Assembly: GCF_028641065.1 (NCBI RefSeq)
Contig: NC_073382.1
Coordinates: forward strand, 63,736,001-63,800,000
From: Leucoraja erinacea
Taxonomy: Eukaryota
DNA length: 64,000 nucleotides
Reading direction: 5' to 3'
Shown: positions 1-12,615 of the stretch, in pieces
How the letters are laid out: each line of letters begins with the position of its first letter
Position numbering within the stretch: the stretch's first letter is position 1
Made by a program: the position numbers and the translations under genes
Notes under the pieces: model-generated
Told to the model about the DNA's origin: nothing
Seen by the model: the letters and a program-made list of their open reading frames with translations, nothing else
Database searches by the model: none

Positions 1-423
1 CGAAAAGCAGTCTCCCAGCAGGGACCCGCGGGCTCCCGGTGTTACTGTCTACCAGACCTACAGCTGGAGCCTCCGAATCTCCTAGGTCGGGCCGCAGCAG
101 CGCGCTACCACCGCTCCTCCTGCTCTGAACTCGGCCAGCTCCACGATGGTGGGTAAATCCGCAGCTCCGCGACTGGAGCCCCAGGTTGTTCCGGTTGGCG
201 GCCGCTCCACGGTGCTCGGCCCCAACGACAACGGAGACCCGACAGAGAAAAGGTCGGGTTCTCCGTGCAGGGGAAAGATTTTAAAAAGTTTCCCCACCCC
301 TGCCCCCCCCACACATACCCAGTTTAAAAAAAAATAAAAACTACATACAAACCAGACAAAAAATTAAAAAAATGACAGACAGACTGCAGAGGCCGCTGCG
401 ACGTGAGTCGCGCCGCCCACCCG
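1..423 (-). mobile_element. 5' part of a GC-rich non-autonomous retroelement (copy A), abutting a Tc1 right end
   Basis: Minus strand starts GGGCGGCGCG...CAGTCTGTCTGTC, then a T-rich tract, a G-run and a GC-rich core. Same architecture as the copies at 17152-18078, 23677-24262, 24280-25118 and 36245-36777. Runs off the window start. Confidence 0.6.
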
Positions 424-425
424 AA

Positions 426-642
426 TGTGTCCCAAACATTATGGTGCCCTGAAATGGGGGGGACTATGTACAAGCACAGCTGTAATTTCTACATGGTGAA
501 ACTAAAATGTATAAAAATACCCTTTAATAAAATCTGACAACGTGCACTTTAACCACATGTGATTTTTTTCTATTACAAATCTCAAATTGTGGAGTACAGA
601 GGCAAATAAATAAATGGGTCCCAAACATTATGGAGGGCACTG
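426..642. mobile_element. Right terminal IR/DR region of a Tc1/mariner transposon (same family as 9484-11023)
   Basis: Inner repeat TGTCCCAAACATTATGGTGCCCTG and terminal GTCCCAAACATTATGGAGGGCACTG followed by TA (643-644). Closely matches 10805-11023. Confidence 0.88.
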
Positions 643-1199
643 TATATGTGTGAGGATCTCATCGGCAGCTGTGTATTAATCTTGTTTGGTTCATTATAAT
701 ACAATACTGCATAATTGGTTGTTGCTAAATAAAGGATAAATCACATTGCTAGCAATAGATTCTCAATTTTCTTATTGATGCCAATTGTGCAATACCTAAC
801 GTATTTCTGGAATATCTATATTTTTAGAAGAATAATTATTATCTCCAAATGCATTATATATATGTTTCCAAAAATGTATTGTTATGTATCCATTTTACAA
901 TTTCCTAAATCTAGCATTCTCTACCTGCAACCTTTATAATCCATTTATAATAAACTTATACTAAATTTGAAATAAATTAATCTGTTTAATTTTTTGATGA
1001 AATTCTTATTTCACTTCTTGGATTATTTCAGAATGATCTATGTATCTTTTGATGTTTTAAATACATAAAATCAGAAATAGGCATCCATGTACCCATCAAA
1101 TTGTACTCTCTTTAATCTGAATCAATCTGTTACACTTGTAAATGTCAGATACAATGGAACATATTATTAACAAAATAATTTGTATACAAGGTTACATAT

Positions 1200-1465
1200 T
1201 AAAGAGGACTCTGGCCTTTATTCCAACCACCTGCTATAAGAACCCTTCCCTCACTTCTGTCTTATCTAATACCTGCCACGCTCTCTCCTGCAGCTTTTTT
1301 AAATCTCCCCCCCACTCCCCCCACCAATCCCATACACTCAATCTGAAGAAGGGTTTCAAACCAAAACTTCATATATCCATTTGGTGATGCCTGACCTGCT
1401 GAGTTATTCCAGCACTTTGTGTCCATTTGTGTATTAACCAGTTTCTGCAGTTTCTTGGTCTTGCA
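1200..1465 (+). mobile_element. Degenerate Penelope-like element 3' terminal repeat (pLTR)
   Basis: CTGAAGAAGGG at 1343, then TGCCTGACCTGCTGAGTTATTCCAGCACTTTGTGTC...CTGCAG. Same module as found at the 3' ends of the GIY-YIG PLEs in this window. Confidence 0.7.
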
Positions 1466-2847
1466 TATTAAAGAAATTGGTTGTACAATATTATGCTTTT
1501 TATGTAGATTTTTCTCTCAAGATCTCGTATTATAACCATGGAGCTATTAAAATATTTTGTGAATTCAGTCACATTCAAGGAAATCTGTTGTATCATTTAA
1601 GCCTATACATGCCACGTTTGCTGGGTTTTTTGGCTCATGTTGGAACTACATCGGGGCCAGTCTCTAGATGGGGTAGCAACGTTGATTATGTCTTTCTCTG
1701 AAAGAATTTTACCTATGTATTAATGTTAGTGTCAGCTTGAACATAATCTTCTGCTGTCATTGTCTATGGCTGGTGTCGGATATGAAAGTTGCTGTGCAGT
1801 TGGGACAAAGGAAGATAACTTTCATCAATTATGGGTTATCACCAAGAACTGTGGATTCTGGTAGGATATCTGCACATCTTCAGCAGATGGATATCATGGT
1901 GGCTGTAATATCTGACCAAGCATACAGATAAAGCACAAAACTTAAACCCGATGTGGGGGATTATTGTCCAGACATTTATCAAAATACTGTGACAGGTACT
2001 TCTGGTAGTGAGGTTTGAAGTTCTGAGTGATGCCACCATTCATTGACAATACATGTGATTTGTTAGGTGGGAGAGAGGAGAGTTTAACGTTGGTTAACTG
2101 GACTTGCTGAAGAGTGGTTGGTAGCCTTATCTACATGAAGAATCACATGGTGACACTAGACACATTTGGCTTGTTAGTATTTTGACCACTTGAGAAAAAT
2201 GTCTGCTCACCAAGGCATTGTGATTGTGATAATCACAGGCGACATTTGTTATAGCCTCAGTTAGGACGGGACACTTGTATGGCGATCAGAGGTTGTCATC
2301 TGCATTTGTACAAAGATCATTGTTTTCTTCCATGTTGTCACAGTGGTATCATCTCTTAGCTGGAGTCTACCCCCTTATGCAGACTTAGCCCCAGCACTGC
2401 AGCCTCTCTATGATGAGTGGTTGTAGTCACCTCTCCCAAGCCTTTGAGAAACAAAGGCTGATATTAACTTTGGATAGTTTAGAGTGTTGCTCCATGTATA
2501 AACAAATCTGTCTTCTGTACAAGAGACTTTTGTCCATGAACACTTGTTAGGCTGCTGAATCACATGATATTTCTCTCTGCGTCGTTCAGACATATTTGTA
2601 TAGTTGATAAAACAAACTGAATGTATGGTGTAATAAGCAATTTTACAGTTAATTCATCTTGTAGGAGGAGGAAAATTGCAATGTTTGACATTGTTTATAT
2701 AATTGAAGGATTCCAAAGGGATTGATTAAAAATGCCAGAAATTACCAGCTTAATTTCCTCAAAAATGCCAAGAAAACCAATGTATTTTTTTTCTTGTTAA
2801 GTTAATTATGCTGCTAATTCCTGTATTTTCTTTTTTCCAATTGTCAG

Positions 2848-2902
2848 GTATGAGAATTTTCAAAGAAGACTGTCCCAAAATCCATATTTTTGGAAATCAT
2901 AA
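2848..2902 (+). CDS. HIKESHI: Last coding exon of HIKESHI (C11orf73; Hsp70 nuclear import carrier)
   Basis: Polypyrimidine tract and CAG acceptor (AG at 2846-2847). Reads (W)YENFQRRLSQNPYFWKS*, matching the vertebrate C-terminus WYENFQRRLAQNPLFWKT as recalled. Lies upstream of CCDC81 as in human. Confidence 0.93.
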
Positions 2903-3774
2903 TCCATATGCTGTGGAAGTTAATTGTAACAACCAACGCTGTTCATCTGTTTAAATTGATCTTTACAAATTATTTTTAAGATGTCAGTCTGAATACAAAC
3001 TTTCGTAATAATCAAGCTGGTTTGAAAATTATTTTGGAAGACCTGTCATGGTTGTGTTTCAATGGATAGTAAGAAACATTTTAATCATGTTTGAACTGCC
3101 ATTTATTTCATGAATTGGAATTCATTGAAACTGTTTAAAAGCTGTATTACATTGTAAAACTTTCATTATATTCTTAACATGAGTATGTTGTGAGTCATCC
3201 AGAAAAAATGTCCGATGGATACAAATACAATTCTTTAAGAAGATATGCAATTAATTTCTTGTAATATCTTAAAAACCCAATTTTTCAATCCCTCCCCCCC
3301 CCCCCCCCCCTTATACAACTTAAGGGTGGCTGTGTTTTAAAGAAACAATTCTTTATTAGTTTAAATGTTATGCGCAGTATTCTTATTTCTCAGTTCCAGT
3401 CAGTTATATGTTACCTTTACATGAGTCCTTACTTTTCTTTCCCTGTATTTCTAATATCTAATATGGTAATATGGGGAGGGGGGGGGGGGGGGTGAGGGGA
3501 CTGAAAATTTTGATTGCAACATTTTGAAGTGCATCATGGCCAAAACTCTGCTCTATTTTCAAATCAATTGAAGCTCAATTGTTTTGAAATATTGCTGGTG
3601 GGAGCCCCTTTGCCTTGTGTGGAATTTTGGTTGCAAATTAATGCATAATAATGCATGCCTTTCGAAGTTTTGTGTTGAACTTGACTGAACATATTCCTGT
3701 AGTATCACCAAGGTATTATGCTATACTTTATATAGATAGACCAATACAAATCTATCTGTCTCTATAGATATACA

Positions 3775-3980
3775 ATGCAGATGTTGAAACCTTGAGCAAA
3801 ACCCAAAGTGCTGGAGGAACTCAGTGGGTCAGGCAGCATCTGTGAAGGGAAGAGCCAGTATCTGTGAAGCGAAGAGACAGATGACGTTTGAGGTTAGGAA
3901 AGGTCCTGAGCGTAAACATCATCTGCTAATTCCCTCCACAAATGCTGCCTACGCACTCGGTTCCTCCTGAACTTTGTATT
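3775..3980. mobile_element. Old fold-back pair of PLE terminal repeats
   Basis: AAAGTGCTGGAGGAACTCAGTGGGTCAGGCAGCATC is followed by its degenerate reverse complement ATGCTGCC...GTTCCTCC...ACTTTG. Confidence 0.65.
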
Positions 3981-6837
3981 GCTTTCTGCCCCTGTACCTG
4001 TACATGGATCCTCTTCAAAGCAAAGTCCGTGCAGGAAATACTGAAGAACATGTTGAAACCTATGGATAGTGAAGGGGTGGAGTGAAGGAGTAAAGGCAGA
4101 AATGTGAGGGGAAAGCTAACTGAAGAATAAACGTTGTAGAAATTGTAAAGATATGCAGCAAAAGAAACACATCAGTAGTGCAATGCAGCCCACATCGATC
4201 AACAATGAAAGTGAATAATACAGTGTTTGTAAATTGATAAATGGTACATTGAATATTGTATTATTGCCCTAAACATAGAAATATTGTTGCCTGTAGTCAT
4301 TCTTAAGAAGTTGAAAGGCTTCCAAAACTGTTGGCTTTTGTGTATTCTTCAAGTACAAGTGACAACTGAATGAAGAATTGGAGCTGCATGAATCTAAAAT
4401 TATTCCAAATTGTACTGGGATGTACAAGAACTATTTGAGTGTTTACTGAATGAAAAGTTGCGCTGAAAAGACTAGTTAAAGACAATAATTTTCTCCACTT
4501 ATCAGTTCCCCTTTTAATATTTTGGAACCTCAATTCAAAAATGAAACCACCTTTATATTTGGGAACTACCACTTAATGCTTACGCAATCTTTGTACGTTA
4601 ACTTCTAGTTTTCAGGTGTGTGTGCATCATACTAGCAAGTAATATTTTCCTCATGGAGAAAGCCTAATAAATTATGAAAGGAAAAATGAAGAAATTTACT
4701 CAAGTTCAGCCAATGTGGCCTTCACATGATCACATTCCTTTCTTTTACATCTTTATATCCACGCCCAAGGTTAGGCTGTCAACCAATACCTGGTATAAGC
4801 TATCTGAGCCTTGCACCTGCTTCCTGAACTTAGTTTTCAATTGAATCTTTTTAGATAAAGCTGCATTTTAGACCAGTACTAATTTCTTCTCATTTTAGTC
4901 ACAATCATGCCATCGCCATTTCCTGCAGCTGTGGCCTTGTCCTTTCTTCTCGCAATTTGGAATGGTAATAAGATTCCTTTTGTATTCGCCAACAAACAAG
5001 CTTTTTAGACATAATGTATAACCGTGTATCTCCTCTGTCAGAACCTCCTGTAATGCTGAGGCAAATCATATATTTCTTCCTCCCTCAACTTTCTCTGAAT
5101 GAGCTTCCTATTGAAGTATAATAGGAATGGATGCTTAGGACTGAGATATGGAGGAAGTTCTTAATTGAATTGGGATTGCATTTAAATTCTCTACTCTGCT
5201 CAGTTCGGTATATTTGGGACAAGCCAATGTAATTTATGTGCCAAGGAATATGGAAAAGTGTGGGAAGGTGTGGAATTGAGTGGCTTATTGAATATTGGAG
5301 AAAGTTGAATGACATGCTGTCATGTTTATTTGCCAAGTTTGGATGAGTCTCTGCTGACTTCCAATCAATTGCAGACCTTGCTTTTTCTCTCCTTTTGTTT
5401 GCAGGGAGATTGCCATCTGCTGGAAAATGTTTCAGCTGTCATCTCATCCACTCCAAACAAATATTTCTGAAGTTTTGTCGCCTGCCCTCCAGACAAATAC
5501 ATTAAAATATATATTTTATTGGAACTACAAACATACAGTCCAATGAAATCCCTAAAGATAGAGTGTTTAAAATATGAGGATTTTACCCCCGGATCCAATG
5601 TACATGGTAGAATACATTATCATACTTTCATGTGTCAGTAGAAATTCAAAGAGTTGTAGATTGTTTTGGGGCATACTTTGTTTAAAAGGGAATAGATAGT
5701 CTCTGATTTTATATCATTTGCCAGGATGAAAATCTACTTCTGTCACAAGATTTGGTGAAATTTCTTATTTGAACGAACCAATTTGTTATGAACTGTGGGC
5801 AGTTCAGTGAAACAGAATGTGGAATGTAACACTTAATAAAGTTTTATTCCATTTAAATCTAAATGTAATTCAAGTATATGTTTGAGGGAGACCTGATTAG
5901 GAAGAATAAAATCCTAACACCATAGTTTTCCTTGTGAAGAACACTTGAGAAAGATAAATCAAAGGTTCTCTCTTCGCTAAAATATGAAACTTCAATGTAC
6001 CAACCTATACATGTTTGTTCTAATATTGAGCTAGCTTAATATAACATTTCACCTTCTTCTACTTGCCTATATACAAAATATCCTTTAGTCACTTAATTAA
6101 AATGATTTGATCATTGTTATTTTGCTGGCAGAGTTATGTTGTTCAAATCAAATTATTTTAATGCAAAATAATTAGGATTAGGTTAAGATCTTGAATAGAC
6201 ACATCCATTAATTAATCGCACAACTGAGATTTTAGTTTATATTGCTACTAATGTGAGCTGGAAATAATTTTTGGTAATGCCATGCATTACTGTTTTAATA
6301 GTTTGGTTGAGTCATATTGAAGACTGATAGAAAGATTTTCAAACTAAATACCAAACCAAATTCAGGGCTGGAATCATAAATTTGGAAAAATGGCTCTGGT
6401 TATGACATAAGACACCATATTTTATATATCCTTGAATATTGCCATGAGTATTTTGTTACCTTTGGGAGGATGCTATGAATGACACATTGTTTAAAATTTA
6501 TATTTTTTACTTTTTTTTAAAACGAGTATCAAACCCAAAATATTGTTGGTGTTTTGTAAACCCATCCTGTGACGTGATGCACTGTAATAGATTTATTTGG
6601 TTCTTTTGAAAATATTTACATCTTCTGAAGAAACGCCTCTACCGCAATCTCATACACAATCTAGGCTGGTGTGTAGGTATACTGGGTGGAAATTGCAACA
6701 CTACAACTAGCTACAAGCCCAGCTTACAAGTGCCCAATCTTTGAAACAACCCCTTACATATGAATAACCATATGGGAGACTGGCTTAGTGAATTTGCTGG
6801 TTGCTGATGGACTAGGTATTTTTCGCCGAATGCAACT

Positions 6838-6891
6838 GTCCATTACATTGGCAAGACCTGGTCTATACTTGGTCTTGCCAATGTAATGGAC
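6838..6891. repeat. Perfect 21-bp inverted repeat with 12-nt spacer
   Basis: GTCCATTACATTGGCAAGACC (6838-6858) and GGTCTTGCCAATGTAATGGAC (6871-6891). Confidence 0.9.
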
Positions 6892-6939
6892 GCCAAATCC
6901 CTTGCCAATACTAGGCCCTTGGATATCCACTATTTAGTA

Positions 6940-7815
6940 TGTTGTGGTTGCAAAGATAATGTAAATATATTTAAGTTTGCTGTCGTTACAAAGGTAGGTA
7001 CAAAATAAGCTAGTAGGATGCAAAGTCATATTGAAGGTTTAATGAGCGAGCAAGAAGATAGCAGATGGTGTGAAAAGAGAAAATGTGAAATTATGCATTA
7101 TGGTATAAAAAACAATTAAATGGTGAGAAACTTAAGTATTGATATGCAGGAGTATTTGATGTGTTCATCCACGAGATGCAGAAAATTAATATACAGGTAA
7201 GCTAGCAATAGGAAGCCAAACTTCACATTGGCCTATGTCATGTGGTGAGAAGTTACAGGTATGTATTCTCACTGAAAGTGTGAGTCTTCATTTTGTATGC
7301 TGGGTAACTTTGTTCTCCGTATGTATATGTATATATTTTTTGGAGTTGTGCCAAGTTGATTCACTATATTGATTATGGGATGAAAAGATAGTCTGTTGAG
7401 GAGCGATTCAGTATGATTTGGCTTGTAATTCAGAGGAATAACGGGATGATTCCATTCAGATAAACAAGATTCTGAGAGTGAGATAGTTAGCTGTGGGAAA
7501 GTTATTTCCTGTAGCTGGAGAATCTAGAACTGGAGATTGAGGTAGGGGGAGGAATGGGAAGAGGTTTACAAACGGGGGAGCAAAATCTTCTAACAGAGAT
7601 TAAGAAATTTATATATGTAAAAATGGGTGCTAATTCAATGTTTAGTAACTCAGAGGACAATGGGAAGTATTCTATTATGTAAAGATGATAGATTGTTAGA
7701 CAGCAGGGAAGTGGGAGTATGTGAAGATGAGAGAGTAGGATTGAGGCATGGTTTTGGCCTTGATTGAATTAAATGGTTAAGGGCTGTACTTATTTACTCC
7801 TTTGATTTTGCATGT
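6940..7815 (+). mobile_element. Highly decayed CR1 LINE 3' fragment
   Basis: Remnants of the KFADDTK, KCEVMH, YEERL and ESRTRG coding segments, in CR1 ORF2 order. Confidence 0.6.
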
Positions 7816-7852
7816 TTATTTTGTGATTACAGAATCATCAATGGTTGTACCT

Positions 7853-8375
7853 AGAACATAGAACAGTACAGCACAAGAATAGGTCATTTGGCTCACAGTA
7901 TGTGTGCCAATCACGATGCCAAGACCAAAGACCCCTGTGCCTATCCAAAAGACTCTTAAATGCCATTATCGTATCTGCCTCAACCACCAACGCCAGCAGC
8001 ATGTTCCAAGCACACCACCCTCTGTGTAAAAAAAGTTCCCCGAACATCTTTAAACTTTGCCCCATTCATCTTAAAGTTATGTCCTCTGGTATTTGATTTC
8101 CCCCACCCTGGGAAACATGTCATAACTTATATTTCCATCGGGTCTTTCCGCAACCTCCTGAAAAAACAATCCAAGACTGACAAACCTCTCACTGTAGCTA
8201 ATACCTCCTAATCCAGGCATCATTGTAGTAAACTTCTGCGCCCTTTCCAATGCCAATATATCCTTGCAATGGGACAACCAGAATTACATGACATATTCCA
8301 AATACCGCCTAAGCAAAGTCCCTAAAAGCTGCATCATGACTTCCTGACATATACAATGCTCCTTGCTATTTGTAT
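7853..8375 (-). mobile_element. Decayed CR1 LINE 3' fragment
   Basis: Minus-strand ORF remnant CKDILALERAQKFTTMMPGL...SYSER. CR1-type tail AGAACATAGAACAGTACAGCAC at the left end. Confidence 0.8.
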
Positions 8376-8951
8376 GATTTAATAACATTACCTGTTACTA
8401 CCAAATGCATACAAACGTCTAGTATTTAATATTTAAAAATCTCAGATTTGCTTTTCAAGACGTACCATTTTATGGAGTTTGACACATTTATTGTCATAAA
8501 GTCCCACAGAGTTGCACAATATCACTTGGATGGACATCAATGTTGCTCCTCCCTACAGATGATGATGGAAAGCTTAACCTGTAGTAATGCTGTTAATTAC
8601 CCTCATTAATTCTTGTAATCTTTCTGATTCTGCAATGGTGAGTTGCTTTTCAATTTTAAATTATTTCTTTCCATTTTCCTAACTAATACATTATGCTAAA
8701 CATAATCTTGTTTGTCTGTTTCAGGCAGAACGGCGGCCCATTGTTTACACATCCTTTGAAAAAATACATTTTGTGCTGGCAAAGCTCTTTGGTAAAGGTC
8801 AAATTGTGAAGCAATTTGAGAATGAACAATAGGACATTTTATTTACAGTACAAATCGATAAGTTACATATCAGGTAACAACAGAAATCAAAAGGAAAAAC
8901 CTTTATTCATTGGATTTCATTCTAGTCCTATGAGTATCTTTCAGAATAATG

Positions 8952-9075
8952 TGTAGGAAGGAAGTGCAGATGGTGGTATAAACTGAAGATAGACACAAAA
9001 AGCTGGAGTAACCGCAGGATAGGCAGCATCTCTGGAGAAAAGGAATGGGTGACGTTTCAGGTCGAGACTTCTCTC
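8952..9075 (-). mobile_element. Solo PLE terminal repeat
   Basis: AGACACAAAAAGCTGGAGTAAC...GGCAGCATCTCTGGAGAAAAGGAATGGGTGACGTTTC is the reverse complement of the recurrent module. Confidence 0.75.
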
Positions 9076-9483
9076 TTTCAGAATAACCTATTCTACATGT
9101 CTTTGGTTCTGAAGGTCCTTAAATAATAATTATTGCTGCAATATCACTTGAGTTTCTATAAGTTGCCGAATTTTTTTATTTTCGTTTTTTTAACACTTTG
9201 ATTTTCCTGTCATCTGTCCTTGATTTTTGTTCATCAATTGCCGGTGGCTTCCTAGTTCTTGGGATTTCTTGGAAATGCCCACTGCTAGAAACTATGCATA
9301 AGGATGTCCGCCTTCTGTGGATTTCCCGACTTAATATTAAACAATTCTCCAACTTGTGCTGAAATTTTCAATAATCAGTGATCACTTGGGAAAATGTCAA
9401 CTGCTTAAATTCCCAGTACTTTAGCCTCCAATTTGCAATCATGTTTTGTTTTAACAACCAGGATTGTTAACACTCAGGATTTA

Positions 9484-11023
9484 CAGTGCCCTCCATAATG
9501 TTTGGGACAAAGACCGATCATTTATGCTCTGTACTCCACAATTTGATATTTGTAATAGAAAAAAATCACATGTGATTAAAGTGCACATTGTCAGATTTTA
9601 ATAAAGACCATTTTTATACATGTGGGGCACAGCAATGTCATGTAAATGAAAGTAGTCTTGTTTAGTATTTTGTTGCATATCCTTTGCATGCAATGACTGA
9701 AGTCTGCGATTCATGGACATCACTCCAGTTGCTGGGTGTGTTCTCTGGTGATGCTCTGCCAGGCCTATATTGCAGCCATCTTTAGCTTTTATGCTTGTTT
9801 TGGGGGGCTAGTCCCATTCAGTCTTCTCTTCAGCATATAAAAAGCATGCTCAATTGGGTTCAGATCAAGTGATTGACTTGGCCACTCAAAAAATGTACAA
9901 TTTTTTTAGCCTTGAAAAATTCCTTTGTTGCTTTAGTGATTTGTTTAGGATCATTGTCTTGCTGTAGAATGAACCGCCGGCCAATGAGTTTTGAAGCATT
10001 TGTTTGAACTTGAGCAGGTAGGATGTATCTATACACTTCAGAATTCAATATGCTACTACCATTAGTAGTTGTATCATCAATGAAGATAAGTGAGCCAGTA
10101 CCTTCAGCAGCCATAACACCCCCACCACTGTGTTTCACAGATGAGGTGGTATGCTTTAGATTTTGGGCAGTTCCTTCTCTCCTTCATACTTTGCTCTTGC
10201 CATCACTCTGATATGTTAATCTTCGTCTCATCTGTCCACAAGACCTTTTTCCAAAACTGTGGTTGCTCTTTTAAGTACTTCTTGGCAATCAGCCTGGCCA
10301 CCCTATTTCTGCAGCTAACTAGTGGTTTGCATCTTGCAGTGTAGCCTCTATATTTCTGTTCATGAGGTATTCTGTCAACAGCGATCTTTGTCAAATCCAC
10401 ACCTGAAGAGTGTTTCTGATCTGTCGGACAGGTGTTTGACGGTTATCCTTTATTATGGAGAGAATTCTGTCATCAGCTGTGGAGGTCTTCCTTGGCCTGC
10501 CAGTCCCTTTGCGATTAGTAAGCTCACCCGTGCTCTCTTCTTAATGATGTTCCATACAGTTGATTTTGGTAAGCCTAAGGTTTAGCTGATGTCTCTAACA
10601 GTTTTATTCTTGTTTCTTCAGTATCATAATGGCTTATTTGACTTTCATTGGCACAACTTTGGTCCTCATGTTGATAAACAGCACTAAAAGTTCCAGAGGT
10701 GATGAAAATACTGGAGGAAAGACTAGGTGCGGAGAGCCCTCCTATACCTGCATTAAGGAGGCATTTAAACACACCTGGGCAATTACAAATACCCGTGAAG
10801 CCACGTGTCCCAAACATTATGGTGCCCTGAGAATGGGTGGGTGGGGGGGGGGGGGGGCTATGTATGAACACAGCCGTAATTTCTACATGCTGAAACCAAA
10901 TTGTATAAAAATACCCTTCAATAAAATCTGACAATGTGCACTTTAACCACATATGATTTTTTTAAATTACAAATCTCAAACAAGTAAATGATGGGTCTGT
11001 CCCAAACATTAAGGAGGGCACTG
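9484..11023 (-). mobile_element. Near full-length Tc1-family DNA transposon with TA target duplication
   Basis: TA|CAGTGCCCTCCATAATGTTTGGGACA ... TGTCCCAAACATTAAGGAGGGCACTG|TA. The inverted repeats extend well over 100 bp, and the right end has an inner direct repeat near 10805-10830 (IR/DR type). Confidence 0.95.
9662..10669 (-). pseudogene. Disrupted Tc1 DDE transposase
   Basis: MRTKVVPMKVK*, LGLPKSTVWNIIK, VLWTDETKIN, LQQDNDPK, WPSQSLDLNPIE, ACKGYATKY*. Contains stops and frameshifts. Confidence 0.9.
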
Positions 11024-11119
11024 TAAATGGAAAATGAGCTGCCACACACTAATTTGATGTAGGAAACCTGTGAGACATTTCAAGCAGAGTTAATGAAGAA
11101 TTGGCAAAGCAGAGAACAG

Positions 11120-11790
11120 TAGAAGACAGGACTAAGGGCCATCTGTCTCTTTAAGTCTGCTCCGTCATTTAATATGATCACGGTTGATCACGCAAATTCA
11201 CTATTCTGTTCCATCTGTCTCCACATATGCCTCGATACCTCTAGCCCTAAAAACAATTACTCTTGAATTATATATTTCATGATTTGGCTTCAACTGCTTT
11301 CAGTGAAAGAGGACCCAATAAATTCACAATTCTGGGAGAATAAATTTCTCATCTTTATCTTTTAATTGCTTACTCCCATTCGTGCATCTAATCTGTACAA
11401 TCCTGTTAGAATTTTATCGATTTCCCCTCCTGTTCTTATAATCGAATGAATATGTCTAATTGATCAAATCCTTATGCCATTCGGCCGCCCTAGGAATCTT
11501 CACAAAACTACCCATGGCAAGAACATCTTCAAAAAGGAGACCAAAACTGCAGCAATACTGAAGTTATGTTTTTTTCCGTGGTTCTTTACAATTGCAACAA
11601 AACTTCATGCTTCTATGAAGGCTATCGTTGCATTTGCTTTCCTAATCACGTTCACTGATTGGGGAATGCAGACATTCAGGTCTGTCATACCTTTTTCCAA
11701 TCAATCACAATTCAGATAAGTTGGCTTTCCGTTACCATTACCAAAGACCTATGATCTTCGATCACTGCCAAAATAGATAACCTCACACGT
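11120..11790 (-). mobile_element. Old CR1 fragment, interrupted by the younger CR1 at 11791 and resuming at about 12526-12560
   Basis: Degenerate CR1 tail CCGTCATTTAATATGATCACGGTTGATC. The antisense ORF2 remnant ...AAAATAGATAACCTCACAC continues as ...TATCCACATTACTGCCATT. Confidence 0.6.
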
Positions 11791-12525
11791 ATAACCATAT
11801 AACAATTACAGCATGGAAACAGGCCATCTCGGCCCTACAAGTCCGTGCCGAACAAATTTTTTTTCCCCTTAGTCCCACCTGCCTGCACTCATACCATAAC
11901 CCTCCATTCCCTTCTCATCCATATGCCTATCCAATTTTTTTTGTAAATGATACCAATGAACCTGCCTCCACCACTTCCACTGGAAGCTCATTCCACACCG
12001 CTACCACTCTCTGAGTAAAGAAGTTCCCCCTCATATTACCCCTAAACTTCTGTCCCTTAATTCTGAAGTCATGTCCTCTTGTTTGAATCTTTCCTATACT
12101 CAAAGGGAAAAGCTTGTCCACATCAACTCTGTCTATCCCTCTCATCATTTTAAAGACCTCTATCAGGTCCCCCCTTAACCTTCTGTGCTCCAGAGAATAA
12201 AGACCTAACTTATTCAACCTATCTCTGTAACTTAGTTGTTGAAACCCAGGCAACATTCTAGTAAATCTCCTCTGAACTCTCTCTATTTTGTTGACATCCT
12301 TCCTATAATTGGGCGACCAAAATAGTACACCATAGTCCAGATTTGGTCTCACCAATGCCTTGTACAATTTTAACATTACATCCCAGCTTCTATACTCAAT
12401 GCTCTGATTTATAAAGGCTAGCATACCAAAAGCTTTCTTTACCACCCTATCTATATGAGATTCCACCTTCAAGGAACTATGCACGGTTATACCCAGATCC
12501 CTCTGTTCAATTGTATTCTTCAATT
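11791..12525 (-). mobile_element. 5'-truncated CR1 LINE (ORF2 C-terminus and 3' tail)
   Basis: ORF 11927-12523 QRDLGITVHSSLKV...LYKALVRPNLDY...RLRGDLIEVFK...FFTQRVVAVWNELP. Tail ATAACCATATAAC. Confidence 0.93.
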
Positions 12526-12615
12526 CCCAGTATCCACATTACTGCCATTGTATCTCTGTGCCTACTTCCCCCAAAGAAAAACAAATACATAACAGGTTAT
12601 TGTCTGTGGAGAGAG

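Noticed and set aside
2903-5845. Extent of the HIKESHI 3' UTR (AATAAA near 4126 and 5835)
   Set aside because: The DNA is AT-rich with several candidate signals, so the true poly(A) site cannot be chosen without transcript data.
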